A DNA stretch of 64,000 bases from Alphaproteobacteria bacterium (GCA_045633945.1 JAZQZH010000037.1:4171-68170), one strand, 5' to 3'. Positions 10,353 to 20,817 are shown, counted from the first letter of the stretch. Notes: generated by a model from the letters alone, not told the origin. Translations and numbers: made by a program.

Positions 10353-11087
10353 ATGAAAAAAATAGTAACATATATAAAACAAGGAAAAGGAACAGGCTTA
10401 TTATTCTTATTAGCCGGCGCCGTTATTATGACACTATTTTTTATTGTTCCAGCAAAGGAAATGATTAAAAAACTGGAACCCAAAATAATGCTTGTTGCTG
10501 AAGATTTTTTACCGATAACAATCGAAAATAAAAAAATAATATCTCCTGCTGACACATATAAGAGATTAGATATTGACTTATCCTCAGACAACTCACAAAA
10601 AGATATTTTCCCTGTAGTTTTAGATACTAAAAACCAATCTCCTGATTTAACAAACGAAAAAATTGGCTTATTTATTACTAAAGAAGCAGCCTTTGCTGCA
10701 ACTGGCGCCGGTTTGAGAAAAATTGAATACATTGATGGAACATACGATACAAATACATTCAAACAACTTCTTGCTCAAACCTTTGGAAAAGTATCTCTAA
10801 TTGCATCAGTAATTTTTATAGGCTTTTTCTTCATAAATCTACTAATAAAAACTATAATTCTCTCACTTGCTATTTTAGTTATGTATAAACTACAAAAACA
10901 AAAAGCTCCATTAAACTATCAAAATTTTATGCGTTTATCATCAATAATTATAGCAGCTCTTGAGATTGTAAATATTATTTTAATTAGTATATTTTCAATT
11001 CCAACAAATGGATTACACATTCTTTTGCTAGGTACAATTTTAGCCTTTATATATCTACAAAAATACAATTCTGATGATACTATATAA
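10353..11087 (+). CDS. polytopic membrane protein (DUF1189-like by architecture)
   Basis: 244-aa ORF 18 nt after the autotransporter stop, with SD TAGGAG. One N-terminal TM, a roughly 110-aa soluble part, then 3-4 C-terminal TMs. Family assignment is tentative. Confidence 0.75.
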   Translation: MKKIVTYIKQGKGTGLLFLLAGAVIMTLFFIVPAKEMIKKLEPKIMLVAEDFLPITIENKKIISPADTYKRLDIDLSSDNSQKDIFPVVLDTKNQSPDLTNEKIGLFITKEAAFAATGAGLRKIEYIDGTYDTNTFKQLLAQTFGKVSLIASVIFIGFFFINLLIKTIILSLAILVMYKLQKQKAPLNYQNFMRLSSIIIAALEIVNIILISIFSIPTNGLHILLLGTILAFIYLQKYNSDDTI

Positions 11088-11184
11088 ACTAAATATTTAT
11101 AGTGTAGTAAAATTGTATTTTTACTTGATTATATAGCTCTATATAGATTAGAATCATTAAAAATATTTTTTTAAGGATTTTAAA

Positions 11185-12699
11185 ATGAGAGCTTTTCCAT
11201 TATGTTTACTATTAGCATTAGCTATTAACATGAACACATCTTATGCTACAGACAAATATAGTGCTGACAATACACGCTTACTAAATAATGTTTTATATGA
11301 TATAAACGGCGATCCTGTTACTGGTAGTTTAGAAATATTTTATGAAAACAATATAAAAAAACGTGAATCATCATATATTAACGGCACACTAGACGGTATT
11401 AGCACAGAATATGATAAAAACGGGAATAAAGAGCGTGATATTCCTTTTGTTAATGGTAAAATAGATGGCATAGTACTAGAATACTACGAAAATGGAAATC
11501 TCAAAACCAAAACTCCGTATAAAAATAATTTAATAGAGGGAATAAAACGCTCATTCCATGAAAATGGCACTGTAAAAGAGCGTATTTCATATCATGCCAA
11601 CCTTATCGATGGTGAAAAAAAATCATATAACACAGATGGAACACTACAAGAATCTGTTCAATATATTGATAACAAAAAAAATGGAAAAAGCTATATTTAC
11701 TCTAATAAAGGAGATATTATAGAAACCATAAATTATCAAAATGACATTATAGTTGGTGAACGCACTCTCTATTATCCAAGTGGCAACATTCGCTCCCTCA
11801 TTATATATAAAAATGGACTAAAAAATGGTACATCAATTAACTACTACGAAAATGGAAATATAGAATCAGAAGTTCCTTACCAAAATGACATCCTAGAGGG
11901 AACTGGCACATTTTATAAAGATAATGGAGATATAGATCTTGTTGTAAATTATAAAAATGGTAAACGCGAAGGAACCGCAACAGCATATTATCCAAATGGT
12001 AATGAACGCATTGTTGTAGAATATAAAAATGACACTAAAAATGGTATAGAAATTGAATATTATGAAAATAATTCAGTAAAAAGCAAAACACCATATGTTG
12101 CAGGTATCGTAAATGGTATGGTTAGTGAATATAATGAATCATCTGTATTAAAAACAGAAGCATTATATCAAAATGGAATATTAAACGGCCAAACCAAGTT
12201 TTATGATACAAACGGCTACCTTAGCGCTGAAGTAAATTACACTTCTGGCAAAAAAAATGGTATTCAAAAAAATTATTCTCCAACTGGAATATTGCTATCA
12301 GAGACAACTTACATAGATGATGTATTAAACGGAGAATATAAAGAATTTTTTGAATCAGGAAAAATTAAATCTTCTGCAATATACGAAAATGGTATATTAA
12401 ATGGAATAAGCGTTATATATGATGAGGACGGAAATTTATCTTATGAAATCCCATACAAAAACAACAAAAAGTATGGAAAAGCAAAACGCTACTATCCAAC
12501 AGGTGAACTAATGGGAGAAGTAACCTATGAAAAGGGTAAAAAACATGGTATGCTAGATGCATTTAATCAAGACGGAACACTAATGGCTAAAGTGTTATTC
12601 AATAAAGATAAAGCCATAAAAGGGTACAGTCTAGATCATGGCAAAAAACCCGTTTTAATGACCAAAGAAGAGTTAGAACTGATTAATCAATCTTACTAA
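11185..12699 (+). CDS. secreted MORN-variant / YwqK-family repeat protein (504 aa)
   Basis: Signal peptide MRAFPLCLLLALAINMNTSYA. 18 tandem 24-25-aa units of the pattern NGxxxGxxxxYYxNGxxxxxxxY. Confidence 0.88.
   Translation: MRAFPLCLLLALAINMNTSYATDKYSADNTRLLNNVLYDINGDPVTGSLEIFYENNIKKRESSYINGTLDGISTEYDKNGNKERDIPFVNGKIDGIVLEYYENGNLKTKTPYKNNLIEGIKRSFHENGTVKERISYHANLIDGEKKSYNTDGTLQESVQYIDNKKNGKSYIYSNKGDIIETINYQNDIIVGERTLYYPSGNIRSLIIYKNGLKNGTSINYYENGNIESEVPYQNDILEGTGTFYKDNGDIDLVVNYKNGKREGTATAYYPNGNERIVVEYKNDTKNGIEIEYYENNSVKSKTPYVAGIVNGMVSEYNESSVLKTEALYQNGILNGQTKFYDTNGYLSAEVNYTSGKKNGIQKNYSPTGILLSETTYIDDVLNGEYKEFFESGKIKSSAIYENGILNGISVIYDEDGNLSYEIPYKNNKKYGKAKRYYPTGELMGEVTYEKGKKHGMLDAFNQDGTLMAKVLFNKDKAIKGYSLDHGKKPVLMTKEELELINQSY
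11305..12603 (+). repeat. 18 tandem ~72-nt coding repeats (24-aa YwqK/MORN-variant units)
   Basis: Units counted by hand from the translation (aa 41-473). Confidence 0.8.
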
Positions 12700-12707
12700 A
12701 AAACTCA

Positions 12708-12737
12708 ATAAGCCGGATAAATTCCGGCTTATTTTTT
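12708..12737. terminator. bidirectional terminator between the MORN-repeat gene and ugd
   Basis: ATAAGCCGG/CCGGCTTAT stem followed by a T-run. Confidence 0.8.
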
Positions 12738-12789
12738 ATTACGTGAGTTTTTATTATAAGGCTTCCATTTACGATTAGATATTAAAATT

Positions 12790-14094
12790 TTACCCTTTAC
12801 GACCAAGAGACTTTATCTCAAACCCCAAATCCTTTGCTTTTTGAAAATCAAAATTATTGCGATAATCTGCAATTTGAGGTCTAACCATCAATACTTTGAT
12901 TTTTTCTAAATCAAGTAATTTAAATTCTGCCCAATCAGTTAATACAGCCAAAACATCTGCTCCGCTTATAGCCTCATAAGCACTATCACAATATGTAATC
13001 ATATCGCCCAATATTGCTTTAGTATTTTCCATAGCTTCAGGATCATATAGTTTAATATTAACATCATGCGCAAGCATAATCTCAATAATTTGAAGCGCAG
13101 GACTTTCTCTACAATCATCAGTACCGCCTTTAAAAGCACTACCAAGCACTGCAACTATTGGATTTTTAACATCAGAAACCATATCCAAAATACGTTTTGC
13201 CATATTTATTTTTCTACGCTCATTTCCTTTAATAGTAGCTTCAATTAAAGACAAATCAATACCATTAAATTTGCCCATATACGCCATGGCATTTGTATCT
13301 TTTGGAAAGCAAAAGCCACCATATCCAGGTCCTGGAACTAAAAACTTTTCGCCAATTCTAGTATCCATCCCCATACCTCGAGCCACTTCATAAACATCAG
13401 CTCCAGATGTTTCACAAAAATCTGCCATTTCATTTATATATTGGATTTTCATCGCTAAAAACGCATTAGATGCATATTTAATTGTCTCTGAACTTTGACG
13501 AGAAACATACAATATTGGACATTTATCCTTAAATGGCACATAAAGTTCTGCAATTAAATTACGAGCTCTTTCAGAATTAGCCCCTATAACAATTCTATCA
13601 GGATTAAAGAAATCTTGCACTGCAAAACCTTCACGCAAAAACTCTGGCAAAGAAACTACATCATAATCTGCTGTTGGATTTGTTTTTCTAATAAGACTTT
13701 CAACCATATCACCAGTATTAACAGGAACAGTAGATTTTATTGCAACAACCGTATATTGAGACAAATATTTTGCTAATTCTTCAGCTGCCGCTTTGATATA
13801 GCGCATATCTGCTTCTTTTGTTATTGGATGAGGTGGAGTACCAACTGCCAAAATAACCAAATCAGCATCTGGAATACTTTCACTAAACGATGTTGAAAAT
13901 TTAACCTTACCACTTGCTATATGCTTATTAAATAAAGGTTCAAGTCCATCTTCAAAAATAGTAAGCTTACCTTCTTTTAAGGTATTTATTTTTTTTTCAT
14001 CAACATCCAAACAAATTACATCATTACCAAGTTCTGCCAAACCTACACCTGTTGGTAAACCCACATAACCTGTTCCAATAACTGTTACTTTCAT
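12790..14094 (-). CDS. ugd: UDP-glucose 6-dehydrogenase
   Basis: 434 aa. N-terminal Rossmann motif VIGTGYVGL, catalytic GYGGFCFPKD motif. SD GGAGAA upstream. Confidence 0.93.
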   Translation of the reverse strand: MKVTVIGTGYVGLPTGVGLAELGNDVICLDVDEKKINTLKEGKLTIFEDGLEPLFNKHIASGKVKFSTSFSESIPDADLVILAVGTPPHPITKEADMRYIKAAAEELAKYLSQYTVVAIKSTVPVNTGDMVESLIRKTNPTADYDVVSLPEFLREGFAVQDFFNPDRIVIGANSERARNLIAELYVPFKDKCPILYVSRQSSETIKYASNAFLAMKIQYINEMADFCETSGADVYEVARGMGMDTRIGEKFLVPGPGYGGFCFPKDTNAMAYMGKFNGIDLSLIEATIKGNERRKINMAKRILDMVSDVKNPIVAVLGSAFKGGTDDCRESPALQIIEIMLAHDVNIKLYDPEAMENTKAILGDMITYCDSAYEAISGADVLAVLTDWAEFKLLDLEKIKVLMVRPQIADYRNNFDFQKAKDLGFEIKSLGRKG

Positions 14095-14252
14095 TTTATA
14101 TTCTCCAAATTTTCAATATAAGTAACAATAATAAAAATATATTCTTTTTTCAAGAAAAATAACCATCAATGTTCATAAAACAAATATTCAGTTGCAGTTT
14201 GAAAATACATAAAATAAACTCGTTTAACAAAGACAATAAAAGGAGAAGAATA

Positions 14253-14528
14253 TTGAAAAAATACATTTGTTTTATTACTGCTTTATTTATTAACTTAAAT
14301 GCTAATGCTCAAAATATAGAAACAACAACTTTAGATCTCACTGAAGCGCAAACCAAACACATTCAAGAACTAAAAGAAAACCTCAAACAAGAAGTTGAGC
14401 CAATAATAGAAGAAATTCAATCAAGCAAAAATCGCATTTTAGAAATTGAAAAAAAATATTTTGAAGACTTTTGGAATCTTCTAACAGATGAACAAAAAGA
14501 AAAGTTCACAAAACTAAACCAAAAATAA
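14253..14528 (+). CDS. small periplasmic LTXXQ-motif protein (Spy/CpxP-like)
   Basis: The track ORF starts at 14169. The in-frame TTG at 14253 lies 7 nt after AGGAG and precedes signal peptide KKYICFITALFINLNANA. Two LTXXQ motifs (LTEAQ, LTDEQ). Confidence 0.6.
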   Translation: MKKYICFITALFINLNANAQNIETTTLDLTEAQTKHIQELKENLKQEVEPIIEEIQSSKNRILEIEKKYFEDFWNLLTDEQKEKFTKLNQK

Positions 14529-14531
14529 AAC

Positions 14532-14560
14532 AAAGCCACCATAAAACGGTGGCTTTATTT
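14532..14560. terminator. bidirectional terminator
   Basis: AAAGCCACC/GGTGGCTTT stem, followed by ATTTT on the plus strand and by TTG then TTTT on the minus strand. Confidence 0.8.
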
Positions 14561-14578
14561 TATCACTTTCAAGTTTGA

Positions 14579-17500
14579 TTAAAAATTATACCTAACCCCT
14601 ATCGCCCCCTCAACGCTAGATTGTTTTTCTTTATTATGAGAAATTTCAGCGCCAACATTCATCTCACCATCTTTATACAATGCTTCAAATGTTGTTTTAA
14701 TGCGTTTATCATCTTCATCATAACCATCATAACGAATTCCAACTGGAGAACCCTTCATTGTCACATTCAAGTTTTCATATGGATCTAACAACTCTTGATA
14801 ATATTTACTACCCACCGCAAGCATCAAACTACGATTTCTACCAAGATCAATCATTTTACGAAGTTTAATACCAACACCCGCCTCTAAAGATACAGTATCA
14901 TTAGAGTTAAGAATAAATCCTCCTTTTTCTTTCATATCATCCGACTTAACTCCATGCAAATTAAGCTCTGCTTCATACACCAACTCAGCCACTTTAACAT
15001 CTACACTATATTCTGCATGATTGGTCATGCCATAATAAATATCAAATGTATCTGCTTCATAATTTCCTGAATTTGCACGTCTATTATAACGCCCCAAACC
15101 AAAACCAATATGAGGATTTGCTAAATACTTAAAGCTATTATTCTTATATAATATAGGCATAAACGCCATCAATATTTTATTCTCTTTTTCAGAATTTATA
15201 TCATCATAAGAGCTATCAACATATCCTGCTGTAAATGTAGCTCCAATATTCCAATTAGAGTTTAACTTCTTACCAAATCCAATATATGCGCTATAAATAT
15301 TATCTTCATATCCGCTCAAACCATCAACACCGTCTTTTCCTGTCACAAACACATTTGCACCAACAGATTTTTCGCTTATACCATCTTGCAAAATTCTATT
15401 TTGTTGAGTTGTACTCAATCCACGCAAAACAGCAACATTTTCTCTTGCCAAATTAGCATAGAATTTCTTACCAGTCTCACTTTCTACAACCCTATCAAAT
15501 TCTTCACTATTGCTAGCAGACTTAAGACTATCATACAATCTCTCATTATTACCTAGATTATAGTTAATTTCAAAGAAGTCTGCCAAATCTTTTTCTTCAA
15601 CTAATTCTTCAAAACTCTTACGATTAAGCTCAACATCTGTTACATCACCATTAACATTAGTCTTTGCATTAAACATATAAGATTTTGAGCTAACATTAAC
15701 CCCCTCATTTTTTCCAACAAATGAGTCTTTATTTATATATACATCTTCAAAACCGCCTTTTACAACATCGTCGCTTACTTCTACATCGCCACTAAATGAA
15801 GTTGCAACATAACTACCACCTTTTCCTACTTCAAAAGACGCATTATTATTTTTTGCATCATCAAAATTGACATCAACATCTTCAAGTTCAACAACACCCT
15901 TATTTACAAAACTAGCGCCATCTCCAAGAACAATCAAATCCACAATAGATGCATTATCAGATAATAGAGTTTTTGCACCATCGGCTTCTTTATCCTCGGC
16001 ATCTAAATCAGTTATTACACCAGTGTTATTAAATTCCCCTGAAGCAATATAAGCATTAGCATTATTTTTGCTTTTATATTGTATTTCACCATAATTATAT
16101 CCCTTACCACCATCCTGGATATTCATACCAGTTCCTTTTTCAACTGTTATTAAATTATGATTATATCCTATCCCCCCTGATGCAATATTCATGCCTGTTC
16201 CGCCTTTAACAGTTATTGTGCCAGTATTATGTCCCGTACCACCACTTCCTATAGACATTCCATATCCGCTTTCAACTGTTATTTTGTCTGTATTATACCC
16301 CGTACCACCTTCATCAACATAGATTCCAGCTCCACTCTTAACATCAATACTACTTTTATTGTATCCTTCACCGCCAGAAACATACATTCCTGTTCCACCA
16401 ATAACTGTTATTTTATTTAAATTTGAAGCCTTTCCATTTCCTATTACTTTAACACCTATTCCAGAATTAACAGTAATATCACCATAATTATCATAGATAG
16501 CACTTTCTTCACCGCCACCGACTAAAACACCTACAGTATCTGTTTCATCAAATAACTTATTGTAAACATTTACTTTGCCACTACCTTCTATTTTTCCTTT
16601 AACAATATTCACACCAATACCACCATTATTTACGGTATATGTTGCGCTATCTTTCAAAGTATATATTGTATCAACATAATATCCTATAGCTTCTTTTTGA
16701 CTAACATTTACTTCTGCCGCATTAGTAATATTGCTATTGCTGTTATAAATACCTATTCCCCCTTCTGAATAAACATTTATTGTACCACCTAACCCAACAG
16801 TTTGTATATCTTTCTCTCTTGCTTCTTCAAGTTTTATACCTACAACACCTTTCCCCATAACATTTACTATACCATTATTATCCAAAAATCCTTGTTTTAC
16901 ATAAACACCAACAGATTTTTCTTCATTTTCATTAGAACCAACTGTAATTGTTCCTTTATTTTCCACAAGAGCACCAACTGATTTTATTCCAATACTGTTA
17001 TTACCTTCAACATTTATAGATCCACTATTCTTAGCAGTTGTTTTATCATCATTAGAAGAATCTCTAACCTCAATACCAACTCCACCATCACTTACCATTA
17101 TTTCAGAATTACTATCAACTATTGCAAACTCATCAGCATAAATTCCTGTGCCCTTGCTTACATTTATCTTTGCCCCACCATAATTTTGCACAGTAGATCC
17201 TATTCCACTTGCACTAACGCCGATTCCTTTACTATCTGTAATTTCAATCTTTGCATTAGAAGCATTATTTCTAAATAAACCACCATTATTTACAACAACT
17301 CCAACCGCATCATTTACTACGATATTACCATAATTTTCCGCAACAGAACCACCTCCGTCAACAACACTAAGATGAGAATTAGAACCACTAACCGTTGCTG
17401 AAAAGTCTTTACTAAATATTGCACTACCAATTCCTTCTGACGTTGTTAACTTAGCTAGCGTATATCCTTCTATCTCCCCCCCATCTTTAGAATTAAAAGA

Positions 17501-20434
17501 TTTTGAAGCATCACCAGACAACCAGTAAAATACCACATCGCTAAAATCTTTGCTACCTAATTTAAAATCTCCATAATTTTCAAAAACAGCACCTTCACCC
17601 GAAAGTTGCACTGCTGTTGTTGAGTTATTATTTAAATAAATTGTGCCATAATTAATACCTTTGCTCTTTTGTACAAACATTCCAACGGTATTTGCTCCAC
17701 TAAGATAAATATTACTTTTTTTATTTAGTTCGGCATCATTATTCTTACCATTGATAATTTGAGTTCCGGCATTACCACGTGCCGCCATAGCATAACTATA
17801 AGCACCATCAACTTCAATTATACCTAAATTTCTAGCAAGTGCATTATAGAGAGAATAATTTCTAATACCCACTGAATTTGTTGCTGAAACATCAATTATA
17901 CCATAATTTTCAACTCGTGCTTCTGCTGCAGCTCTATCATCTAGCCACATACCTGTATTAAATTGCGCAACATCATCTTCATATTTTTTAAGAATTATCG
18001 ATCCATAATTAAATGCAGTACTACCATCTGAAACCCTAACACCAACAGTGCTATATGTACCACCATAGTCTTTATTCTCATCAGAAGCCATAGATTCCCA
18101 TGCTTCACCAATTGAAATTTCTCCATGGTTTACAAATTCCTGATTATATACATTACTCTCTGCTGACAAATGTATAACAGATGCAAATGGATAAAAATCC
18201 TGAACAATATTTATACCAAATGCATCACGACCTCCAGATGGAATAGTAAATTCACCCAAAGTATTACCAACTCTATAATCAATCGTACCATTATTAGTAG
18301 CTTTAGAAAATTTACCCTTAAATACATTACTAACAAAAGACTCTGGCGTTTCTGTAACTGCCTTGTGAGATACATATATCGTTCCATTATTTTCTATTTC
18401 TGCAGAACCAGCAAAATCATTTTGCATAGCAACACTCTCTTTAGAGTTTACATTAATCGTTCCATTATTTACCAATGTTACATGTTCATTCGTACTAGCA
18501 CCACCAGCATACATACCATAATTGCCTGTATAGTATGATTCACCTCTTTCAACACCTAGATTAATTGTTCCATTATTAACAATTTTACCACCTGCAAAAG
18601 ATGCCATAGCATAGCTATTGCTAACATTCATATTTATCACACCATTATTAGTAACTTCTGGCTCTTGCCATTTATAGATTTGTGTTTGAGCACCATCACC
18701 TTTTGTTGCCAACATACCATACGCAACACCACCAGATGATGCTTCATTTTTTATTTCAATAAATTTTCCATTTTGCAATTTTGCACCATGAACAGATAGC
18801 ATACCTGCTGCTACATCTACACCTTTTTCAAGAGTTGTCGCACTCAAATCTACCATAATATTGCCTGAATTTGTAGCTTCTGAATGAGCATCTGCTCTCA
18901 TACCAATCATACCACCATTACCAAGTTTTAGCGCAGTATTATTAAGAGTATATTTTCCCTGATATGATAAATTAATATCACCTCTATTAGTTAGCACCAT
19001 CTTTTCTGCATAAAATGGACTATTATTACCTTGCAAAAATCTATCATCAATATAGCTACCCATTCCAATCAAACTAACAGATGCATCTGTTGCAGCATTA
19101 TATCCTGCTTTCAAATCAATTATACCATTATTTGTTGCATAAACTTCACGATTGCTAAAATCCGTAGCAGTATAAAAATCATACAAAGCCATACCAATAA
19201 TTGTACCAGAATTAGCTTTTACATCTTCCTTTTCTTTCTCTGTATCTTCTCCTCTTTCAGAGGTATCTGTATCTCCACTAGTTTCATCAGAAGAACCTTC
19301 TGCTCCATCTGTTCCTTCTGTTTCGTCACTCCCTATCAAATCACTCACAATACCTTGTGTCACTTTAGATGTTTGAGTAGTCGTACCCGAAATCACTCCA
19401 TCATTAATAGCGCTTCCTTCTGTGTCGGCATACATACCAATTATAGTATCGCCATCTCTATCACCTCTAAAAATAAGATCAATTTTACCATTGCTAGAAT
19501 TATCTTTTATATTATCTTTCGAATTTTTAACCAAAGAGTCATTACCACTTGCAACCATTCCTATGGCACCATTAAATGCCTCTACTTTTATATAGCCTTC
19601 ATTTTTTGCCTTACTACCTTCTGTTGCAGCAATACCAATCGCTCCATCGCCAGATGTACCAACAGTTCTATCACCTAAAATAATGCTTCCGCCTACCTTA
19701 TTCGTAAATGCTGCATTATTTGTTAATTTTATAAAAGAATTAAGATAAGAAGCATTATCCATTATATTTGGCAAAAACTGAATCTTATCAACAACAGTTG
19801 AAGCATTTGGATTAGATGCATTCAAAGCTATAGTATTCTCTAATTTACCACCGCTATATAGCTTTGTATAATTATCAATAACAACACCCAAACCATCTGT
19901 CACAGGAGTTGGCAAAATTGAATCATCAGGCAAAACAGGTGATCCGCCACCACCGCCACTCATAGCACTTATGCCACCACCAACAACCAAACCACCCAAA
20001 ATCCATGGCCACCAATTTTTTTCTTCTTCTCTATAATATAAAGATTCTTCGTTCCCAAGTACTACATTTTCTCTAACAGTTTTGGTAGATTTTAAAAACC
20101 GTTGATAGTGGTTATACATTCTAAAAGTACAAGGATGAGAAGGATTTGCGCCACTCATTCTAAAGCTATTATAAGCAACATAATTATTACGCTTTATTGC
20201 AATACAAAGCCCCGTATCGCCATTAGGATTAACAGAATCAATATTTAATCCTCTATTAACCGCATTACGTAAAATACCAACCTTACCCTGAGCCGCTAAA
20301 TAATACATCTTATTAAAGTCTTGAGGAGAAAGCGCTCCAACAACAGCTTGAGCATCCTTAAATGACATACTAATGCCACAAAGAACCCCTACAAAATAAA
20401 ATAAGACCTTAATATTCATTACATTCACATTCAA
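14579..20434 (-). CDS. giant autotransporter paralogue with N-terminal ankyrin repeats (1951 aa)
   Basis: Signal peptide (..KDAQA|V). ANK-like YYLAAQGKVGILRNAVNRGLNIDSVNPNGDTGLCIAIKRNNYVAYNSFRMSGANPSH. Hydrophobic Gly-rich WWPWILGGLVVGGGISAMSGGGGGSP. Very long Gly/Asn/Ser-rich passenger. The junction region is alignable to the 1185-aa protein. Beta-domain ends ..GVRYNF. Confidence 0.88.
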   Translation of the reverse strand: MNVNVMNIKVLFYFVGVLCGISMSFKDAQAVVGALSPQDFNKMYYLAAQGKVGILRNAVNRGLNIDSVNPNGDTGLCIAIKRNNYVAYNSFRMSGANPSHPCTFRMYNHYQRFLKSTKTVRENVVLGNEESLYYREEEKNWWPWILGGLVVGGGISAMSGGGGGSPVLPDDSILPTPVTDGLGVVIDNYTKLYSGGKLENTIALNASNPNASTVVDKIQFLPNIMDNASYLNSFIKLTNNAAFTNKVGGSIILGDRTVGTSGDGAIGIAATEGSKAKNEGYIKVEAFNGAIGMVASGNDSLVKNSKDNIKDNSSNGKIDLIFRGDRDGDTIIGMYADTEGSAINDGVISGTTTQTSKVTQGIVSDLIGSDETEGTDGAEGSSDETSGDTDTSERGEDTEKEKEDVKANSGTIIGMALYDFYTATDFSNREVYATNNGIIDLKAGYNAATDASVSLIGMGSYIDDRFLQGNNSPFYAEKMVLTNRGDINLSYQGKYTLNNTALKLGNGGMIGMRADAHSEATNSGNIMVDLSATTLEKGVDVAAGMLSVHGAKLQNGKFIEIKNEASSGGVAYGMLATKGDGAQTQIYKWQEPEVTNNGVINMNVSNSYAMASFAGGKIVNNGTINLGVERGESYYTGNYGMYAGGASTNEHVTLVNNGTINVNSKESVAMQNDFAGSAEIENNGTIYVSHKAVTETPESFVSNVFKGKFSKATNNGTIDYRVGNTLGEFTIPSGGRDAFGINIVQDFYPFASVIHLSAESNVYNQEFVNHGEISIGEAWESMASDENKDYGGTYSTVGVRVSDGSTAFNYGSIILKKYEDDVAQFNTGMWLDDRAAAEARVENYGIIDVSATNSVGIRNYSLYNALARNLGIIEVDGAYSYAMAARGNAGTQIINGKNNDAELNKKSNIYLSGANTVGMFVQKSKGINYGTIYLNNNSTTAVQLSGEGAVFENYGDFKLGSKDFSDVVFYWLSGDASKSFNSKDGGEIEGYTLAKLTTSEGIGSAIFSKDFSATVSGSNSHLSVVDGGGSVAENYGNIVVNDAVGVVVNNGGLFRNNASNAKIEITDSKGIGVSASGIGSTVQNYGGAKINVSKGTGIYADEFAIVDSNSEIMVSDGGVGIEVRDSSNDDKTTAKNSGSINVEGNNSIGIKSVGALVENKGTITVGSNENEEKSVGVYVKQGFLDNNGIVNVMGKGVVGIKLEEAREKDIQTVGLGGTINVYSEGGIGIYNSNSNITNAAEVNVSQKEAIGYYVDTIYTLKDSATYTVNNGGIGVNIVKGKIEGSGKVNVYNKLFDETDTVGVLVGGGEESAIYDNYGDITVNSGIGVKVIGNGKASNLNKITVIGGTGMYVSGGEGYNKSSIDVKSGAGIYVDEGGTGYNTDKITVESGYGMSIGSGGTGHNTGTITVKGGTGMNIASGGIGYNHNLITVEKGTGMNIQDGGKGYNYGEIQYKSKNNANAYIASGEFNNTGVITDLDAEDKEADGAKTLLSDNASIVDLIVLGDGASFVNKGVVELEDVDVNFDDAKNNNASFEVGKGGSYVATSFSGDVEVSDDVVKGGFEDVYINKDSFVGKNEGVNVSSKSYMFNAKTNVNGDVTDVELNRKSFEELVEEKDLADFFEINYNLGNNERLYDSLKSASNSEEFDRVVESETGKKFYANLARENVAVLRGLSTTQQNRILQDGISEKSVGANVFVTGKDGVDGLSGYEDNIYSAYIGFGKKLNSNWNIGATFTAGYVDSSYDDINSEKENKILMAFMPILYKNNSFKYLANPHIGFGLGRYNRRANSGNYEADTFDIYYGMTNHAEYSVDVKVAELVYEAELNLHGVKSDDMKEKGGFILNSNDTVSLEAGVGIKLRKMIDLGRNRSLMLAVGSKYYQELLDPYENLNVTMKGSPVGIRYDGYDEDDKRIKTTFEALYKDGEMNVGAEISHNKEKQSSVEGAIGVRYNF
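16094..16420 (-). repeat. 5 tandem ~66-nt (22-aa) coding repeats inside the giant autotransporter
   Basis: The translation reads ..ITV.GGTGM.(I/V)..GG.GYN five times in a row. The DNA units are diverged, not identical. Confidence 0.75.
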
Positions 20435-20533
20435 AAAAACAATTGCTTTGTAGCGATTCTAAAATAAACTTTATTAACAAAAGTATAATTTCTAAAAAAT
20501 ATCACAAAAAACACACTCTTTTATCTAAAAAAT

Positions 20534-20564
20534 ATCGCCCTGCTAAAACTTTTAGCAAGGCGAT
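20534..20564. terminator. long hairpin downstream of the small lipoprotein gene
   Basis: ATCGCCCTGCTAAAA / TTTTAGCAAGGCGAT, a 15-bp stem with one mismatch. Confidence 0.55.
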
Positions 20565-20586
20565 ACAAAAATCTAATATAAATCAA

Positions 20587-20817
20587 TCACATAAAGAATT
20601 CTTGCTTTGGAGCTTGAGTCAAACCTTCAACTTCAAGATGTGGATTAACATAATCAGTTGTGCCTTTTTCATAAAAATAAAAGTCACGTCTTAATCTTGT
20701 TTGATCACGAATAGAAAGAGAATTCCATTCTTGCTCTGTTAAACCATAAGGATAAACAGCCTTATTAACACAAGCAGAAACAAGCGCTATCAATAACAAC
20801 AAGAAAAATTTTTTCAT
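20587..20817 (-). CDS. small hypothetical lipoprotein (76 aa)
   Basis: Lipobox LVSA|C after a hydrophobic core. Confidence 0.6.
   Translation of the reverse strand: MKKFFLLLLIALVSACVNKAVYPYGLTEQEWNSLSIRDQTRLRRDFYFYEKGTTDYVNPHLEVEGLTQAPKQEFFM

Noticed and set aside
10331-10762. 143-aa minus-strand ORF opposite the 10353 membrane-protein gene
   Set aside because: Antisense shadow ORF. The plus-strand gene has an SD and a coherent TM architecture.
16094-16420. Regularly spaced repeats considered as a CRISPR-like array
   Set aside because: They are in-frame coding repeats (22 aa) with no unique spacers, inside an intact ORF.
18170-19678. Plus-strand ORFs (122 and 215 aa) inside the giant autotransporter gene
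   Set aside because: Their Ile/Asn/Cys/Ser-rich translations are artefacts of reading Gly/Asn-rich repeats in antisense. The minus-strand ORF is unbroken over 5.8 kb.
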